NCBI GenBank assembly: GCA_964016885.1 | Contig: OZ024740.1 | Coordinates: forward strand, 392,708,001 to 392,772,000 | Source: Eledone cirrhosa | Taxonomy: Eukaryota | Direction: 5' to 3' | Length of the DNA: 64,000 bases | Shown: positions 44,298 through 58,569 of the stretch, piece by piece | How positions within the stretch are numbered: the first letter of the stretch is position 1 | Layout: the number at the start of each line of letters is the position of its first letter | Notes under the pieces: model-generated | The model's input: only the letters and a program-made list of their open reading frames with translations | The model's database searches: none | Told to the model about the DNA's origin: nothing | Translations under genes and position numbers: made by a program

Positions 44298-46225
44298 CGA
44301 ATGGTTTGTATTACCCGTATAGAAAGCCGAATGATACGCTTAATTACATAAGTAAGCATTCCAACCATCCTGCCAGCATAACCAAGAACCTGGTAAGAAA
44401 CGTTTCGTTGAGGCTTTCCCGTCTATCTACTAACGAGCATATTTTCAACGACCATTCCACATATTACAATGAAGCTCTTGCTCGGAGTGGATTTGTCGGT
44501 AAGGTAGCATATACAGAGTACGAGAATAGACCTAGAAGAAATAGATCCCGACGTATTATATGGTATAACCCACCATATAATATGGAGGTGGCCACACCAT
44601 TAGATAAGATCTTTCTATCCCTTATTACGTAGAATTTTCCCCCTAAACATAAATATAGTAAAATTTTTAATAGAAATACTATTAAAATTTCTTACTCTAC
44701 GAATCCTAACCTTGCACATAACATCACAGCTTCAAATTTAGCTAAACTACCTAGCCGTAGGAACACGTGCAACCCTGTAGTTAGTACTAACTGTAATTGT
44801 AGGAATCGGGTTGATTGCCCCCTATCCGGGAAATGCCTCTCTAGTAACAATGTCTACAAATGTAAGGTTGAAACATCCACGTCCCGTAGGGTCTACATAG
44901 GGTTAACCGCCATTAGATTCAAGCTGCGTCTTGACATGCATTCCCATTCTTTTCGTTACCCTCTAAGAAGGAATATGACATCACTTTCAGCTTATATATG
45001 GAGTCTAAAAGACAACCACACCCAATATAAGTTACACTGGGAGATCCTAGCTAGGGCTAGATCGTATAACGGAAATAAAAGACCATGTGACCTCTGCGCC
45101 GCTGAGGCCCTGGAAATACTCTACGCCACAGACCACATCTTAAACAAAAAATCTGAGGGAATTTCGGCTTGTAAACATAAATTGCACAAAACTTTCCTGT
45201 ATTACAGCCCACATTATACCCTAACGGATAGTACGATCTATACGCGGATATTTTACGTCTTGATGTGGTAGCTAAGTATATGTTATGTTTATACCATTAC
45301 TTATTTGCATAGGTAAGTATATATTACCTGTATGTTTTGTGAAGGTACGTATACTTTCTCGTACGTATATTTGATTGTATATGTTATGGCGTATATTTTT
45401 ATATATTCTGGTACATATGCTTTTGGTTATGTGTATACGTGAGTTTTGCGTCTGTGTGAGTATGCGGGTTCTTACGTATGTAGGGTGTGTGTATATGTGT
45501 ACTTCGTGTTTTGGTTGACGTACGTCTCCGAACATTTATGTATTTACATGTAGGTATGTGTGTGCGCTTGTTATATACGTATTTATATATACGTTTATTT
45601 AATTATTTGTATACACGCACACACACACACACACATATTTATATGTGCGTGTATTTGTATACCTATGGCGAGTGTTTTCGCGTATGCTTGTGGATGTACG
45701 TATTTGGATGCGTGTATGTATTTATTTAATTTCAATTACCTCTGTATTTTATTTACTTTATTCTTAACTCTGAAGCGGAGAATCATTCGGTTTCCTAGTT
45801 AGAATTTTAGTCTACGACTTCAGTTATACCGTTTACGTGGTTTTGTCTTTGCGTGCAATTGTTCTCCACGCTCCACACATGACTTATTATCTTCGTTTTT
45901 TCCGTTCATTGCCAGAGAACGTCTGTATGAACCACTTAAGAGAATATTAGTCTAAGACTTTTTTATACCATAAACATGGTTCTGTCTTTGCGTGTAATTG
46001 TTTTTCACCGCTCCAATTAATGACGTATTATATTCGTTTTTTCCCGTTCTTTGCCAGGGAACGTTTCCACGAACCAAAGTATCGTCTTCCTGTCTTCCTC
46101 CGGTTGCAACGTTTTTTGAAATATTCACTTCTGCGTTTACAGATTGACTTTGTTAGTTTCAGAAGATCCCGTTAAGGGTGAAAGCAGCGATTCTTTGCTT
46201 AAACTTTAATCTGTTCTTTTAATAA
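44298..46225 (+). mobile_element. 5'-truncated Penelope-like element (RT thumb + GIY-YIG) and pLTR
   Basis: YYPYRKPND..NY....SNHP, IWYNPPY, CNC....CPL.GKC, VYIG, T.LS.YIW.LK, CDLC..E and CKH motifs. The 3' block recurs at 44185-44297. Confidence 0.88.
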
Positions 46226-46233
46226 ATATATAT

Positions 46234-46803
46234 ATATATTGATAAAAGGAAAAGAAAATGCTGACAAATTGTTCCCAGTGAAAAATAGTTTAATTAGGAA
46301 TAAGTAAAAATTAGTAATAAGTATTGGTTAGTATTCAGTTTTGGTTTTAAGTTTTTACCGGTTGCGCATTTCTAATGCTTTTCAAAAATAATTTTGAGAT
46401 AGAGCGCCCGTGATGTTTGCTTTAATCTTATTAGTTTTGGAAATTCTACCTGTTTTATGTGAAAAAAGTGGCTCCAGATTTATTAAAATAAGTTTCGCGC
46501 CAATTCGTGTTGCAAAAATTCTTGCAACACGAATTGACGCGAAACTTATTTTAATACATCAGGAGCCACTTTTTTCACATAAAACAGGTAGAATTTCCAA
46601 AACTAATGAGATTAGAGCAAACATCACGGGCGCTCTATCTTAAAATTATTTTTGAAAAGCATTAGAAATGCGCAACCGGTAAAAACTTAAAACCAAAACT
46701 GAATAGTAACCAATACTTATTACTAATTTTTACTTATTCCTAATTAAACTATTTTTCACTGGGAACAATTTGTCAGCATTTTCTTTTCCTTTTACCAATA
46801 TAT
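46234..46803. repeat. 570-bp palindrome with HHR-like motifs (UUGAAAA...GCAAC CG GUA at 46648-46685); same family as 57963-58429
   Basis: Centre about 46518. The arms are near-identical and flanked by TA tracts. Confidence 0.92.
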
Positions 46804-46910
46804 CATAACTCGTGTGTTACACCTCTATTCTTTTAAATATATATATATATATAGTGTGTATATATATATATAGTGTGTATATATATATATAGTGTGTATA
46901 TATATATATA

Positions 46911-46958
<48 letters not shown>

Positions 46959-47507
46959 ACGTACATACATATATGTATACAGACGTACAGTAGTATATAT
47001 ATATATATATATAAGTATGTATACGTACATACATATATGTATACAGACGTACAGTAGTATGTATATATATATATACATACATGCACACATATATATATGT
47101 ACGTATAGATTCACCGAACATTTATTATAATGCTCGGTGTGTTTGTAAACAAACATCCCAAATTAAGCCGTACAGTGCCTAGCAACCATCGTTGCTCATT
47201 TATTCATATATATATATAGATATATATAAAACTGTTGTTGTCTGTGTGTGTGTGTGTGTGTCCTCATTTTTGCAAATCTATACAAATCCACATTTCTACT
47301 CCGATTGACTTCAAACTTGCATTTATATATTCCTTGCGGTCTAAAGATATTAACTGCATCTTTTATTTTTCAATTTTCTGTTGTTAAAGGGGTGTTAGGC
47401 GCCGGTTATCGATCTCCGTCGAGCCCTTATAATATCTGTCTGTATGTCTGGCTGTCTGCATAACGACATTCTGACGAACACGTCATTGCTGACGTATTAC
47501 CTTCGCT

Positions 47508-47540
<33 letters not shown>

Positions 47541-47614
47541 CATATATACTTATATATACATATATATACATATATATACACATATATACATATGCACACA
47601 CATATATACACATA

Positions 47615-47654
<40 letters not shown>

Positions 47655-47788
47655 CAAACACATATACACATATACACACACACATATATATATATACACA
47701 TATACATATATATAAATATACACATAAAAATATATGTATACACACACACACACACCCATATATATATATATATATGCATACATACACA

Positions 47789-47872
<84 letters not shown>

Positions 47873-47888
47873 CATCTGTATATATATA

Positions 47889-48480
47889 TAACAATTATAA
47901 AGTAAGAAGAAATAGTAGACACAGATATATACCTATTTTTTCTCCAATGTTCCGACTGTACAGTTTCGCTGGTCAGTATGCAAAATTCCTACATCATAGA
48001 GATGCAACATTGTTGTGAGGTAAGCCAGCTTTTCAAGTGAATACCTCAGGGAAAGAGCGCTTCTAGACACAACCGTAGCATGCGAGAAAATCTCAAAAAG
48101 GCGGAGGGAGATACTATCATGTGATACACCGGTCAAGAAAGGGGAAATCCCTTGTAGCAGTGAAAAATATCTCAGAAGGCGGAGGGGGATATTGATATGA
48201 TACAAGGCTACAGAGGGGTGGTAAGGTTGACTGAAAGTGTTTATAGTGTTTGCTTGAAAGCAGTCACTATATTTGAGATTTCCTCGTATGCTACGGTTGT
48301 GCCTAGAAGCGCTCCTTCCTTGAGGTGTTCACTTGAAAAGCTGGCTTACCTCACAACAATGCTGCATCTCTATGATGTAGGAATTTTGCATACTGACCAG
48401 CGAAACTGTACAGTCGGAACATTGAAGAATAAATAGGTATATATCTGTGTCTACTATTTCTTCTTACTTTATAATTGTTA
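47889..48480. repeat. Inverted repeat (about 209 bp arms) carrying U3-A8 hammerheads
   Basis: Arms 47889-48097 and 48272-48480 (sum 96369). Confidence 0.9.
48327..48420 (+). ncRNA. Type I hammerhead with U3-A8 core (mirror copy 47949-48042, minus)
   Basis: gttcac-TTGAAAA-gctgg...ccagc-GAAAC tgtaca GTC-ggaac, with a self-complementary stem III. Confidence 0.8.
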
Positions 48481-48681
48481 CATAGCTCTGATATCGACTC
48501 AATTTAATTATTTCAATTATCTTGTCTCTCATAATCATAGAGCAACACTGTTTAAGGTCAACAACACACAATCCCACATACTTGTGAAAAAGTATGTGTA
48601 TATATATACATATGTATGTATGCACACATACGTGTGTACCTCTCATTATATATATATATATATATATTAAGAAAAAGTATG

Positions 48682-48777
48682 ACCCCGACGGCAGAGCTCA
48701 ATCCGTTTCGACGGCTATTTCTGGACTAAATTAGAATTTTTAGCCTGGTAAATAAATAGCCGAACTTGTCAAGGGAT
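48682..48777 (-). ncRNA. Type I hammerhead with U3-A8 core and long stem II
   Basis: Minus strand: atccc-TTGACAA-g ttcggctattt...aaatagccg tc-GAAAC gga ttgagctct gcc GTC-ggggt. Confidence 0.75.
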
Positions 48778-50349
48778 ACTTCCTTATATGGGAAGATTGT
48801 AGTTGTCAAGAGGATTGGTCAAGATTTGTTGTAAACACAAATAAGTCTGTCATGGCAATTGGTGGGAGGTAGGGGTGGCTGAACTTGCCTGTAGAACAAT
48901 GAGGGTCAAGCGTTGAAAGTGAAATCTATACAGCAGATTCTAAGGATAGTGTATGAAAAGTCGAAAAATTGTTCTGGAGAAAATGGAGAGGGAAGTAATA
49001 GAATAGGTAAGTCAAATGAGAGTAGGAGACAATAAAAATAATAGAAATAAATATAAAGAAAATATATAAAATTAGATAGTGAGAAATGAAAAAAAAAATA
49101 GTAGAGTCTAGAGACAGCTGCTATAATTAGTAGGTGTTGCTTATACGGCCAAAGCTATAGAAAAGGTTAATAAGTTGAGAATGGAAAATACTAAATAAGA
49201 AATTGTAGAAGTGGGTAGTGAAAAAATAAAATGCAAACTTTTCAGGGGTCTAACACAGCTGCTAGTTTAGTTATTAAAGTGTATTCCGCCAATGCTATCT
49301 TACAATTACAGGTTAATAAGTTGAGAATAGAAAATACTAAATAAGAAATATTGAAATTGTAGAATTGGAGTAGTAACAAAAATGATACAAAATTACAGAG
49401 GTCTAACACATCTGCTATAAATAGTTAGTAAAGCGTATTCGGCCAATTCTATCTTAAAATTACAGCGTTGGGGTTACTGAGGCTACAGAGGCCCGATGTG
49501 CTGCATCGGGGCAGGCGGAAGGGGGAAAACAGACGAGGAAGAAGGTCGGGGTGGAAGGAAGTGATAGGATGAGACAGGGGGAAGAAGACAACATATAAAT
49601 AAATAATAAAAGACGGGTTACAGCGGCCAACAATATATCTGTGTGTATATATATATATATACACACAGATATATTGTAGGTCGCTGTAACCCGTCTTTTA
49701 TTATTCAAAAAACTTCTTACCAATAAACATTAACCCTTTGTGCGCCATTCATCTAACTGTAGACCAACAAATACCAAGTAAACGATGGCGAATGACAAAA
49801 ACGATGGCGAATGAATCTTCGAGGTAAGTAGTTTCCTCCCGAGCTGTTAGTTCACGCGGGATTCTCTGCTACAGATTTTCGTAATAATACCGAACAACGT
49901 ACTGCTGGTCACTCCTTCCTCCAAAAGCCGTACGAAGCGGACATGTGCATCGGGTAGATGGATCAGGTGCAAATCTACACCAGGCCTACGCGAGAAATTC
50001 GCAAAAGACTGCACCGAGAGGGATAGAGAGAAAGAGTAACTTAGTGGAAAGAGTGCGAATGAACTTTTGAGGCAAGTAGCCTACACCTTACTGCTATGGC
50101 ACTGGAACTTTCTGCCAACTTAACCTGTTAATTTCTCTTTCACATTTACTCCAAAAGACCAAAACAGAGGAGTATGAAAAGAAGGGGCTCAACAATATTT
50201 CTATGAACAATGCACGGTGACAGCTAAACTGTACTTTCAACTTCTTAGTTTTCTCCAAATAAAACAAGTTTCTTGTCGGTATATTTTCGTGAGTTTTTAA
50301 CAGGCACTCACAAATAAACGTTTCTCATTGGAGGTGGTATTACAAATGT

Positions 50350-50381
50350 TCTTATCCGTGCAACGCCAGGATACACTGCTA

Positions 50382-50382
<1 letters not shown>
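50350..50382 (+). mobile_element. Helitron-type 3' terminus
   Basis: tatccgtgcaacgccaggatacactgCTAG|T, a hairpin followed by CTAG. Confidence 0.55.
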
Positions 50383-50446
<64 letters not shown>

Positions 50447-50523
50447 TGCCATGTGCGTTATTTTATATACGCAAACGATTCAGTCTTCTGAGATACTTTG
50501 AAGTGAAGGGTTTACTAATTTTA

Positions 50524-50601
50524 CACTCACTGATGAGCAAAAGAATTGGTAATTCTCTTCACTAAAATTGCGAAACAGCATCACCAAAAGCTGTCTGGGT
50601 G
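50524..50601 (+). ncRNA. Canonical type I hammerhead ribozyme (GUC site)
   Basis: cactca-CTGATGA-gcaa...ttgc-GAAAC agc atcaccaaaa gct GTC-tgggtg. All stems are intact. Confidence 0.9.
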
Positions 50602-51465
50602 TCTGGTAGTTACCCCAATATCGGTTTGTATTTATTTTATTGATTTATTCTTAAATTGAGTCTGGCAAACCCTATTGTTCATAGTTAGTAATTGTGTCAC
50701 CCTAGCGCATCTGGTCCCTTACGATTTGAACACATATATGTATATATCTGTGTTTATCTCTTTTTTATATTCAATTATATTATACGGCTTGGAAAAATCT
50801 CTTTCCTTGAGCTATTTAATTGTGTAAGAGACTATTTTGAGTTTCTAACTGTCACGTGTTGGATGGGTACGGCTATCAACTGAGTCCATTGTGAATGTTT
50901 CCCCGCCGTCTTCCTTCAGAGGAGAAGGACAGGTATTTTTATCTGTACATGACAATACTATGGCTTGAATTATCTGGAATATGCCTGTTCAAATTGATAA
51001 CGAGTACTCAAGAACTGCGAGTGGAAATATAGTTGTAAAGATAAGTAAAATGCTCAACACAGAAGACGGCCTTAATGTTATCAATATGACGGTTATCGTG
51101 GTCACCTCTCACCACTCAACTTGCTTCAAACGTCATATTTGTTGACAATTTTATTTTAAACATTAAATAAAATAATTTATAATATAAATATTATTCCCCT
51201 GGCTTCAAGTAGCTAGTTTGAAGACTCCTTTTTCTTTTAGAATATCTTAAACAAATTACACAATAAAAATATTCCAACTTTCGTAAAATTAATTTATGAA
51301 ACCCGGTATAAACCTATGGATCAGAGCAGAACATATTTTAAATTACGTTTTAAGCTAGAATTACATGGTTTTCGGCTATTAGTTTCATATTCTACCAATT
51401 TTAAAGCAATCGATGTTATGAATGCGAGACATTTGTGTGTGGCGTGTGGGTGTCTGTGTGCGCGG

Positions 51466-51559
<94 letters not shown>

Positions 51560-51794
51560 TATACAAATAACATTTTTTCCTGATTTTACCCTGTTGCTTC
51601 CTCTTATTACTCTTTACTTTCTATTCATCTTCTATTCGAAAGTCTATCTTCTCAAGAAGAACTAGTGTCCGAAAAGTTAAGACGCTTTTCCTGCTATTTC
51701 AAGCGTCAAACTAATATATTTCTTCCATGTACTGTGTCGTTTCATTTGTTGTTTATATTATTTCTGTTTATGTTTTACATATATGCATATATAT

Positions 51795-51829
<35 letters not shown>

Positions 51830-51909
51830 CGTTATTCCGGGTTGAATATATATATATATATATAACAAAGGAATTGTGGTAAGGAACCAGATGGACCATA
51901 ATGCACCTC

Positions 51910-52357
51910 TACGTTCTCGCATTAACGTATCCTTACATGTTCTAACCTGAACTCTTAAATGCATGCTGCAACCCGGCGCCGCCAGTCGGAAGTCACCACC
52001 CGCTCGAACAACACGGCGTCCATTAAAACATCAAATTCATAGTGAAGCTAGGGTGGAAGTGCAGCCAAATCATTGACGCTCTGGAGCAAGTTTATGGGGA
52101 CAATGCTCCAAAGAAATCAACAACCTACAAATGGATGTAATTATAGAAGTGGAAGAGATGAGGTTGAAGATGATCCTCAGTCGAAGATGTGAAAAAGTTA
52201 CTTTGACATGGTTTAAATCGCATGGCCCTCAGTTTTACACAGATGTACTTAAAGGCTGGTATCAATGCTTGCAGAAGTGTATTGACCTTGATGGAGCATA
52301 TGTTGAAAAATAATCATCATAGCTTAAACCGTTTTTATCACGAACTTTTTGAAGTTA
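51910..52357 (+). mobile_element. Internally deleted mariner element
   Basis: IKFIVKLGW....IIDALEQVYGDNAPKKSTTYKW (HTH) fused to FY..G......QKCIDLDGAYVEK* (mariner C-terminus). Confidence 0.85.
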
Positions 52358-52380
52358 TATATATATATATATATATATAT

Positions 52381-52583
52381 ATAGGAAAAAGTATGACCCC
52401 GACGGCAGAGCTCAAGCCGTTTCGACGGCTATTTCTGGACTATTTCAGTCCAGAAATAGCCGTCGAAACGGCTTGAGCTCTGCCGTCGGTGTCATACTTT
52501 TTCCTATTTCCCACTCTACTACCCTGAGTATTGAGTACTCTGGTGCGTTATGGTCCATCTGGTTCCTTACCACAATTCCTTTG

Positions 52584-52659
<76 letters not shown>

Positions 52660-53505
52660 CTGTCTTTCTATCTATCTACTTACCTCTCTGTCTATCTATT
52701 TATATATCATACATAGGTAGAACAAATCCTCATAATTTAGTTTGATAATAAGTGAAGGAAATAAGTATATATATAAATATATAACGAAGGAAATGTGGTA
52801 AGGAACCAGGTGTACCATAACGCACCAGAGTACTTAATACTTGGGGTAGTAGAGTGGATAATAGTAAAATGTTCAAGGCCGTCAGTACGGCTTGAGCTCT
52901 GCCCTCGGGATCTTGAACATTTTCCTATTACCCACTCTACTACCCTAAGTATTGAGTACTCTGGTATTGAGTCCATCTGGTTCCTTACCACATTTCCTTC
53001 GTTATCTAGCTCCTACCTCCGTAGTAGGGCACTTTCCGACCCTACCACACCATAGCCCGACTTTTCCACCCAGCTCAAGTTTCATTACCCGCACCATGCG
53101 AAAACACAATATCGACTTCTCCACCAAGAACATCCCAGTTCCACCGAGAAAACTTTCCCTTCGGATGCGCACGCAAAAAATCGACCTGTTTGCGAAAAGA
53201 TTGAGATGGAGAATATTTTTCTGCGATAGATACCGCGACAACCAGGACTTCGACATCAAGGAGAGATTCGGATTCAATACCTATAAATCTCCTCCACCGA
53301 ACCCTCTGCTCTCACCCTTCCAGAACGACCTGTTCCACCTGGTCAGGGGTATAAAATTCAAACCCAGACACAATCGATTCCTACAACAACTCCGTAGCAA
53401 AATAACGAGTATGAAAGCACCAACAACATCCTGGGGAATTCGGACAAAAAGGTCCAGAAATAGCCGTTGAAACGGCTTGAGCTCTGCCGTCGGGGTCTTA
53501 AACAT
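52381..53505 (+). mobile_element. Cluster of PLE pLTR foldbacks and the 5' end of a PLE ORF
   Basis: Hairpins at 52381-52507 and about 52781-53005. ORF start MRKHNIDFSTKNIP...KRLRW...FGF..YKSPP is homologous to the 42190 PLE N-terminus. HHR 3' halves near 52450 and 53455. Confidence 0.8.
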
Positions 53506-53964
53506 TTATATATACATATATATATACATTGACAAGAAGCAGTAGGAACATTTGAAATCTGAAATAGTCATTCCATTGCAAAAATAATAATAAAGTGAAT
53601 CCTGCCCTATCCAGGATTGAAACTCCTGTTTCTTCATCCCCACCCCTAAGATTTGGATTCTACATGATCTTCCCCAAATAATTGATCAGTCTTCAGACAT
53701 CTATACACACACGCGCGCACACACACACATACACACAGACACAGACACACAAACACAAACAGACACACACACATACATATATATATATGTATATATCCTA
53801 AACGGACGGTAGTCCGTTTAGTAATATTGTTGTGGTCGTGTTTTCGTTGGCAATCGTCTGTTTACGACAGTACATATGTATATATACAGTGATATCTATC
53901 GCGTTATCAGACTAATCCATTTCGCTTTATATATATGTTTATGTGTACAGTATAGTATAGTGTA

Positions 53965-54000
<36 letters not shown>

Positions 54001-54014
54001 TACACTATACTATA

Positions 54015-54120
<106 letters not shown>

Positions 54121-54720
54121 CAGTTTAGTAGTCAGTTACAAATATTAAGCTCTAAGAAAATACTTCTGAGCATTACATTATAATTTAAAAAAATATATGA
54201 TCAACACTACTGTGTTTTTTTTTGCATTCATAATCACATATTCACGGCTCCTATTTCTAGCGCCATGGATATGAGCCAGTGCTGAGAAGGTTGTGTGCAA
54301 AAGCACATGTATTAGGCTTGCGACAGATCAGTCTTAAGATATTATTTTAGGAGAAGTGATTTTAATTTCTGGGTGCCTACCGAAGATCACAGAAAATTGA
54401 TTACTTCACTAATAATTATTTTATAAATAGTTGTTCCGTAATTAATTAATTATTTCATTAGTATAACATCCCTTGTGAAACAGGTTTATTTTTTGAAGTT
54501 CCGCCCGATCTGCTGAAAAGGTTTGAATTTTGAAATTTAAACTTGTCTAGGCACCAGGCAGTTACCATTTTACGTCTGTAAGTATAGATTTAATATTTAA
54601 TATTCTCTAGATCGATACAGACGGACTATATGTACTTGAATTAAGGTATTTCTATCTGGCTAAAAAATTATTGTCATTTTGCAAAAAAAACACAGTAGTG
54701 TTGATCATATATTTTTTAAA

Positions 54721-54860
<140 letters not shown>

Positions 54861-54897
54861 CTGTGAGAAACACCACAAACCCTCCATCTCAATTCTA

Positions 54898-54933
54898 CTT
54901 TTGAAAAGCATAAGAACTGTGAAACCCGTAAAG
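54898..54933 (+). ncRNA. Minimal U3-A8 hammerhead
   Basis: ctt-TTGAAAA-gca taagaac tgt-GAAAC cc GTA-aag, similar to the 46.6/58.2 kb motif. Confidence 0.65.
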
Positions 54934-55029
54934 GAAATAAATAAATATTCTTAAAAAGACTCCAGTTGCATTTTCGATTTCTTTTCCTTATACTTTCACC
55001 CATGTAGGACATCTCGTATATATATATAT

Positions 55030-55132
<103 letters not shown>

Positions 55133-55289
55133 CATATATATATATATATTTATATATATATATACCCATATATACATATATGTATGTATATGTGTGTGTG
55201 TATATATATATATATAATATATATATATATATTTATATATATATATATATTGTTATACTTGGGGAGGGTCATATTTGTGTAATATTGCC

Positions 55290-57899
55290 AGAATTAATAA
55301 CAGAACACACTCACTGTTTGGTTGGTTTTCGCTTCTCGCTGTCTTTTATATCTGTAATCTAGCTTACTCGGTCCTCAATGTTGCCATTGACTGACCGACG
55401 GTCAAAAATATCACAGATACAATATAGACATAAACACATATATATAGTTTACATAATTTACATAAATCTTTCGTTGCACATCAGCAACATCTTCAGTGGT
55501 GTTATATTTTCCTCCTGTTGTGTTGTATGTCTACGCCATTTTTTATTCAGTCTGTCTATATATTTATTTATTTATTTGCTTGTTTGTTTATTTTATTTTG
55601 TCTTCTTTGCGCATGCGTTTACGTGTGTGTATAGTGTTATGTTTGCTGTGTGACTAGTGTGTATAGTGTTGTGTTTGCTGGGTGACTAGTGTGTGTTTAT
55701 GTGCTTGTTGTTATTGTGCTTGTGTATGTATTTATTTATCTTATTTTATTTACTTATTTATACTTCTCTTAGGTCATTGTTGTTTGTTTGGGTGTTGTTG
55801 CTATTCCACTCATTCTTTCTGTTTAGCTTTGGTCTTCTAATTTCTATTTCACTGGCCTCTCTGATTTGCCTATCTGCTGGGTCATTTCTATGTTTAGATA
55901 TTATTCTAATTTCTATGTTGTCTATGTTACCGTCATGTTGTTGTCTAACATGTTCGTATAGTACTGACCCGTTTTTTCGTCCTTTTAGTTCCCCCCAGTG
56001 TTGGTCTATCCTTTCACCTATGCTACGAGCTGTCTCACCTATGTATGTTGTTGTCATGTTTCTGCAAGTACCCTCTGTACATCTTATGCTATAGACTACG
56101 TTTCTAGTTTTACAGTTTATCCGGGGGTTCACCTTACATATGATACATTTCCTATTGGTACAGTGGGTTTTCTTAAAAGGGTAGGTTTTGCTGATCAGGG
56201 ATTTTATGGTGGTTCCTGGCTTTTCTACCACCTTTATTTTTAAGTGGGTCCTTCTCAGGGCCTTTCTACACTGGTTAGCTAATTTCCCTCCAGGGGTGGC
56301 GTCCACAAACATGACACTCTGGTATCTCTGGTTGTCGTACCATTATGTGGCTTTCCCTATCTTATGTCTAGCCCTATCTAAGCTATTCCATGATTTGCTC
56401 CTGTATAATGGGCAAATTCCTTTCATGTCCAGTTCTATGAGGGTCTTATACTTCTCCATGGCTCCTTCGGATACTCTGACTCTGTCTCTTTGGTTGTAGC
56501 CAGAGAACTGCATGCGGTTGATGAAGTGTTGTATGTGTCTTCCCATTTCTGTTGGGTCGCACATGCTGGACACATTCTTCATCACTCGTACCAAATCTGC
56601 GATCAGAATATTAAACTTAGCACTACTGGACATTGCTGAGTTTTTGAGTATCAGGTATTTGGAGGCCATGGGTTTAGCATAGTGTGAGTGGAGAATTTGG
56701 GCTCTCTCGTCTATAGTGTTAATCCAGAGTTCTGTGTCTAATACAGGTAGTCTATTGTTAGGGTGTTTGGAAGGGAAGTCGATAGTTACAGTTATACTCT
56801 GGTGTATGGAATTAGCTATCTGCTGGATGCTTTCCATCGTGCTACGTTCTAAATCAAACTTGTTAGTGCTCTCTAGTGGGGGTGTTCTTATAACTATATT
56901 GATATCGTCTACATAACGAGAGTACATGATGAGGTCTATGGAGCTTTCATTAAGGAGATCTTTAAGTCTCCTTTCCCACCATACCATGAAAAGGTTGGCA
57001 ACATCACCAGCTATGCTGACGCCGATGGCTGCTCCCTCATTTTGGGTGTAGATTTTCTCATTGAACTTAAATATGTGGCCCTTTAGGGTAGTTTTGATAC
57101 TAGCCCCTATTGCATGTGCGACCATTTTTCTTACCTGATCATTGTTTTGGGGGGTCCGTATAGCTTTGGTCCACCTAATCCACCTTCCCATGGGAGTCTT
57201 TTTTGCCATTGAGGTTATGGTGGGGGGTCTACCTCTTATGGGTCTACTAGGGCAGAAACATCTAAGGTCATGGCTGTCTAGGTAGTCAGTGTCGTAGGTA
57301 AGTCTAAGTAGGAGGCCCAGTTCGCCTGTGTCGACGTCGCAGAACTCCACCTCACTCTCAATGATCATCTCCATAATGAGTGGAATAGCAACAACACCCA
57401 AACAAACAACAATGACCTAAGAGAAGTATAAATAAGTAAATAAAATAAGATAAATAAATACATACACAAGCACAATAACAACAAGCACATAAACACACAC
57501 TAGTCACCCAGCAAACACAACACTATACACACTAGTCACACAGCAAACATAACACTATACACACACGTAAACGCATGCGCAAAGAAGACAAAATAAAATA
57601 AACAAACAAGCAAATAAATAAATAAATATATAGACAGACTGAATAAAAAATGGCGTAGACATACAACACAACAGGAGGAAAATATAACACCACTGACGAT
57701 GTTGCAGATGTGCAACGAAAGATTTATGTAAATTATGTAAACTATATATATGTGTTTATGTCTATATTGTATCTGTGATATTTTTGACCGTCGATCAGTC
57801 AATGGCAACATTGAGGACCGAGTAAGCTAGATTACAGATATAAAAGACAGCGAGAAGCGAAAACCAGCCAAACAGTGAGTGTGTTCTGTTATTAATTCT
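55290..57899 (-). mobile_element. 5'-truncated Penelope-like element (RT + GIY-YIG) with an inverted pLTR at its 5' end
   Basis: ORFs 56343..57401 (GAAIG, YSRYVDD, LPVLD) and 55758..56312 (NVVY.I.C, YIGET.R). Inverted repeats 55290-55814 and 57375-57899. Confidence 0.93.
57690..57729 (+). ncRNA. Minimal hammerhead in the PLE pLTR (mirror copy 55460-55499, minus)
   Basis: ca-CTGACGA-t gttgca gatg tgcaac-GAAA gat TTA-tg. The mirror has CTGAAGA, so the variable N7 differs between copies. Confidence 0.6.
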
Positions 57900-57934
57900 A
57901 TATATTAATTCTATATATATATATTCTGTTATTA

Positions 57935-57962
<28 letters not shown>

Positions 57963-57973
<11 letters not shown>

Positions 57974-58418
57974 AAATATAGGTGTGACACACGAGTTGTG
58001 ATATATTAGTAAAAAGGAAAAGAAAATGCTGACAAATTTTTCCCAGTGAAAAATAGTTTAATTAGGAATAAGTATAAATTAGTAATAAGTACTGGTTAGT
58101 ATTCAGTTTTAGTTTTAAGTTTTTACCGGTTGCGCATTTCTAATGTTTTTCAAAAATAAGTTTGAGATAGAGCGCTCGTTATTTTTTCTCTAATCGGATT
58201 AGAGAAAAAATAACGAGCGCTCTATCTCAAACTTATTTTTGAAAAACATTAGAAATGCGCAACCGGTAAAAACTTAAAACTAAAACTGAATACTAACCAG
58301 TACTTATTACTAATTTATACTTATTCCTAATTAAACTATTTTTCACTGGGAAAAATTTGTCAGCATTTTCTTTTCCTTTTTACTAATATATCACAACTCG
58401 TGTGTCACACCTATATTT

Positions 58419-58429
<11 letters not shown>
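57963..58429. repeat. Perfect about 467-bp palindrome, same family as 46234-46803
   Basis: Centre at 58196 (ctctaatc g gattagag). (TA)n on both sides. Confidence 0.95.
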
Positions 58430-58459
<30 letters not shown>

Positions 58460-58471
58460 GGAGAAAGTATG

Positions 58472-58569
58472 ACCCCGACGGCAGAGATCAAGCCGTTTCG
58501 ACAGCTATTGCTGGACTAAAGTAAGAGTTTTTTAGTCTGGTAAATAAATAGCCAAACTTTTCAAGGGGT
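58472..58569 (-). ncRNA. U3-A8 hammerhead, same family as 48682-48777
   Basis: Minus strand: acccc-TTGAAAA-g...c-GAAAC ggc ttgatctct gcc GTC-ggggt. Confidence 0.78.
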
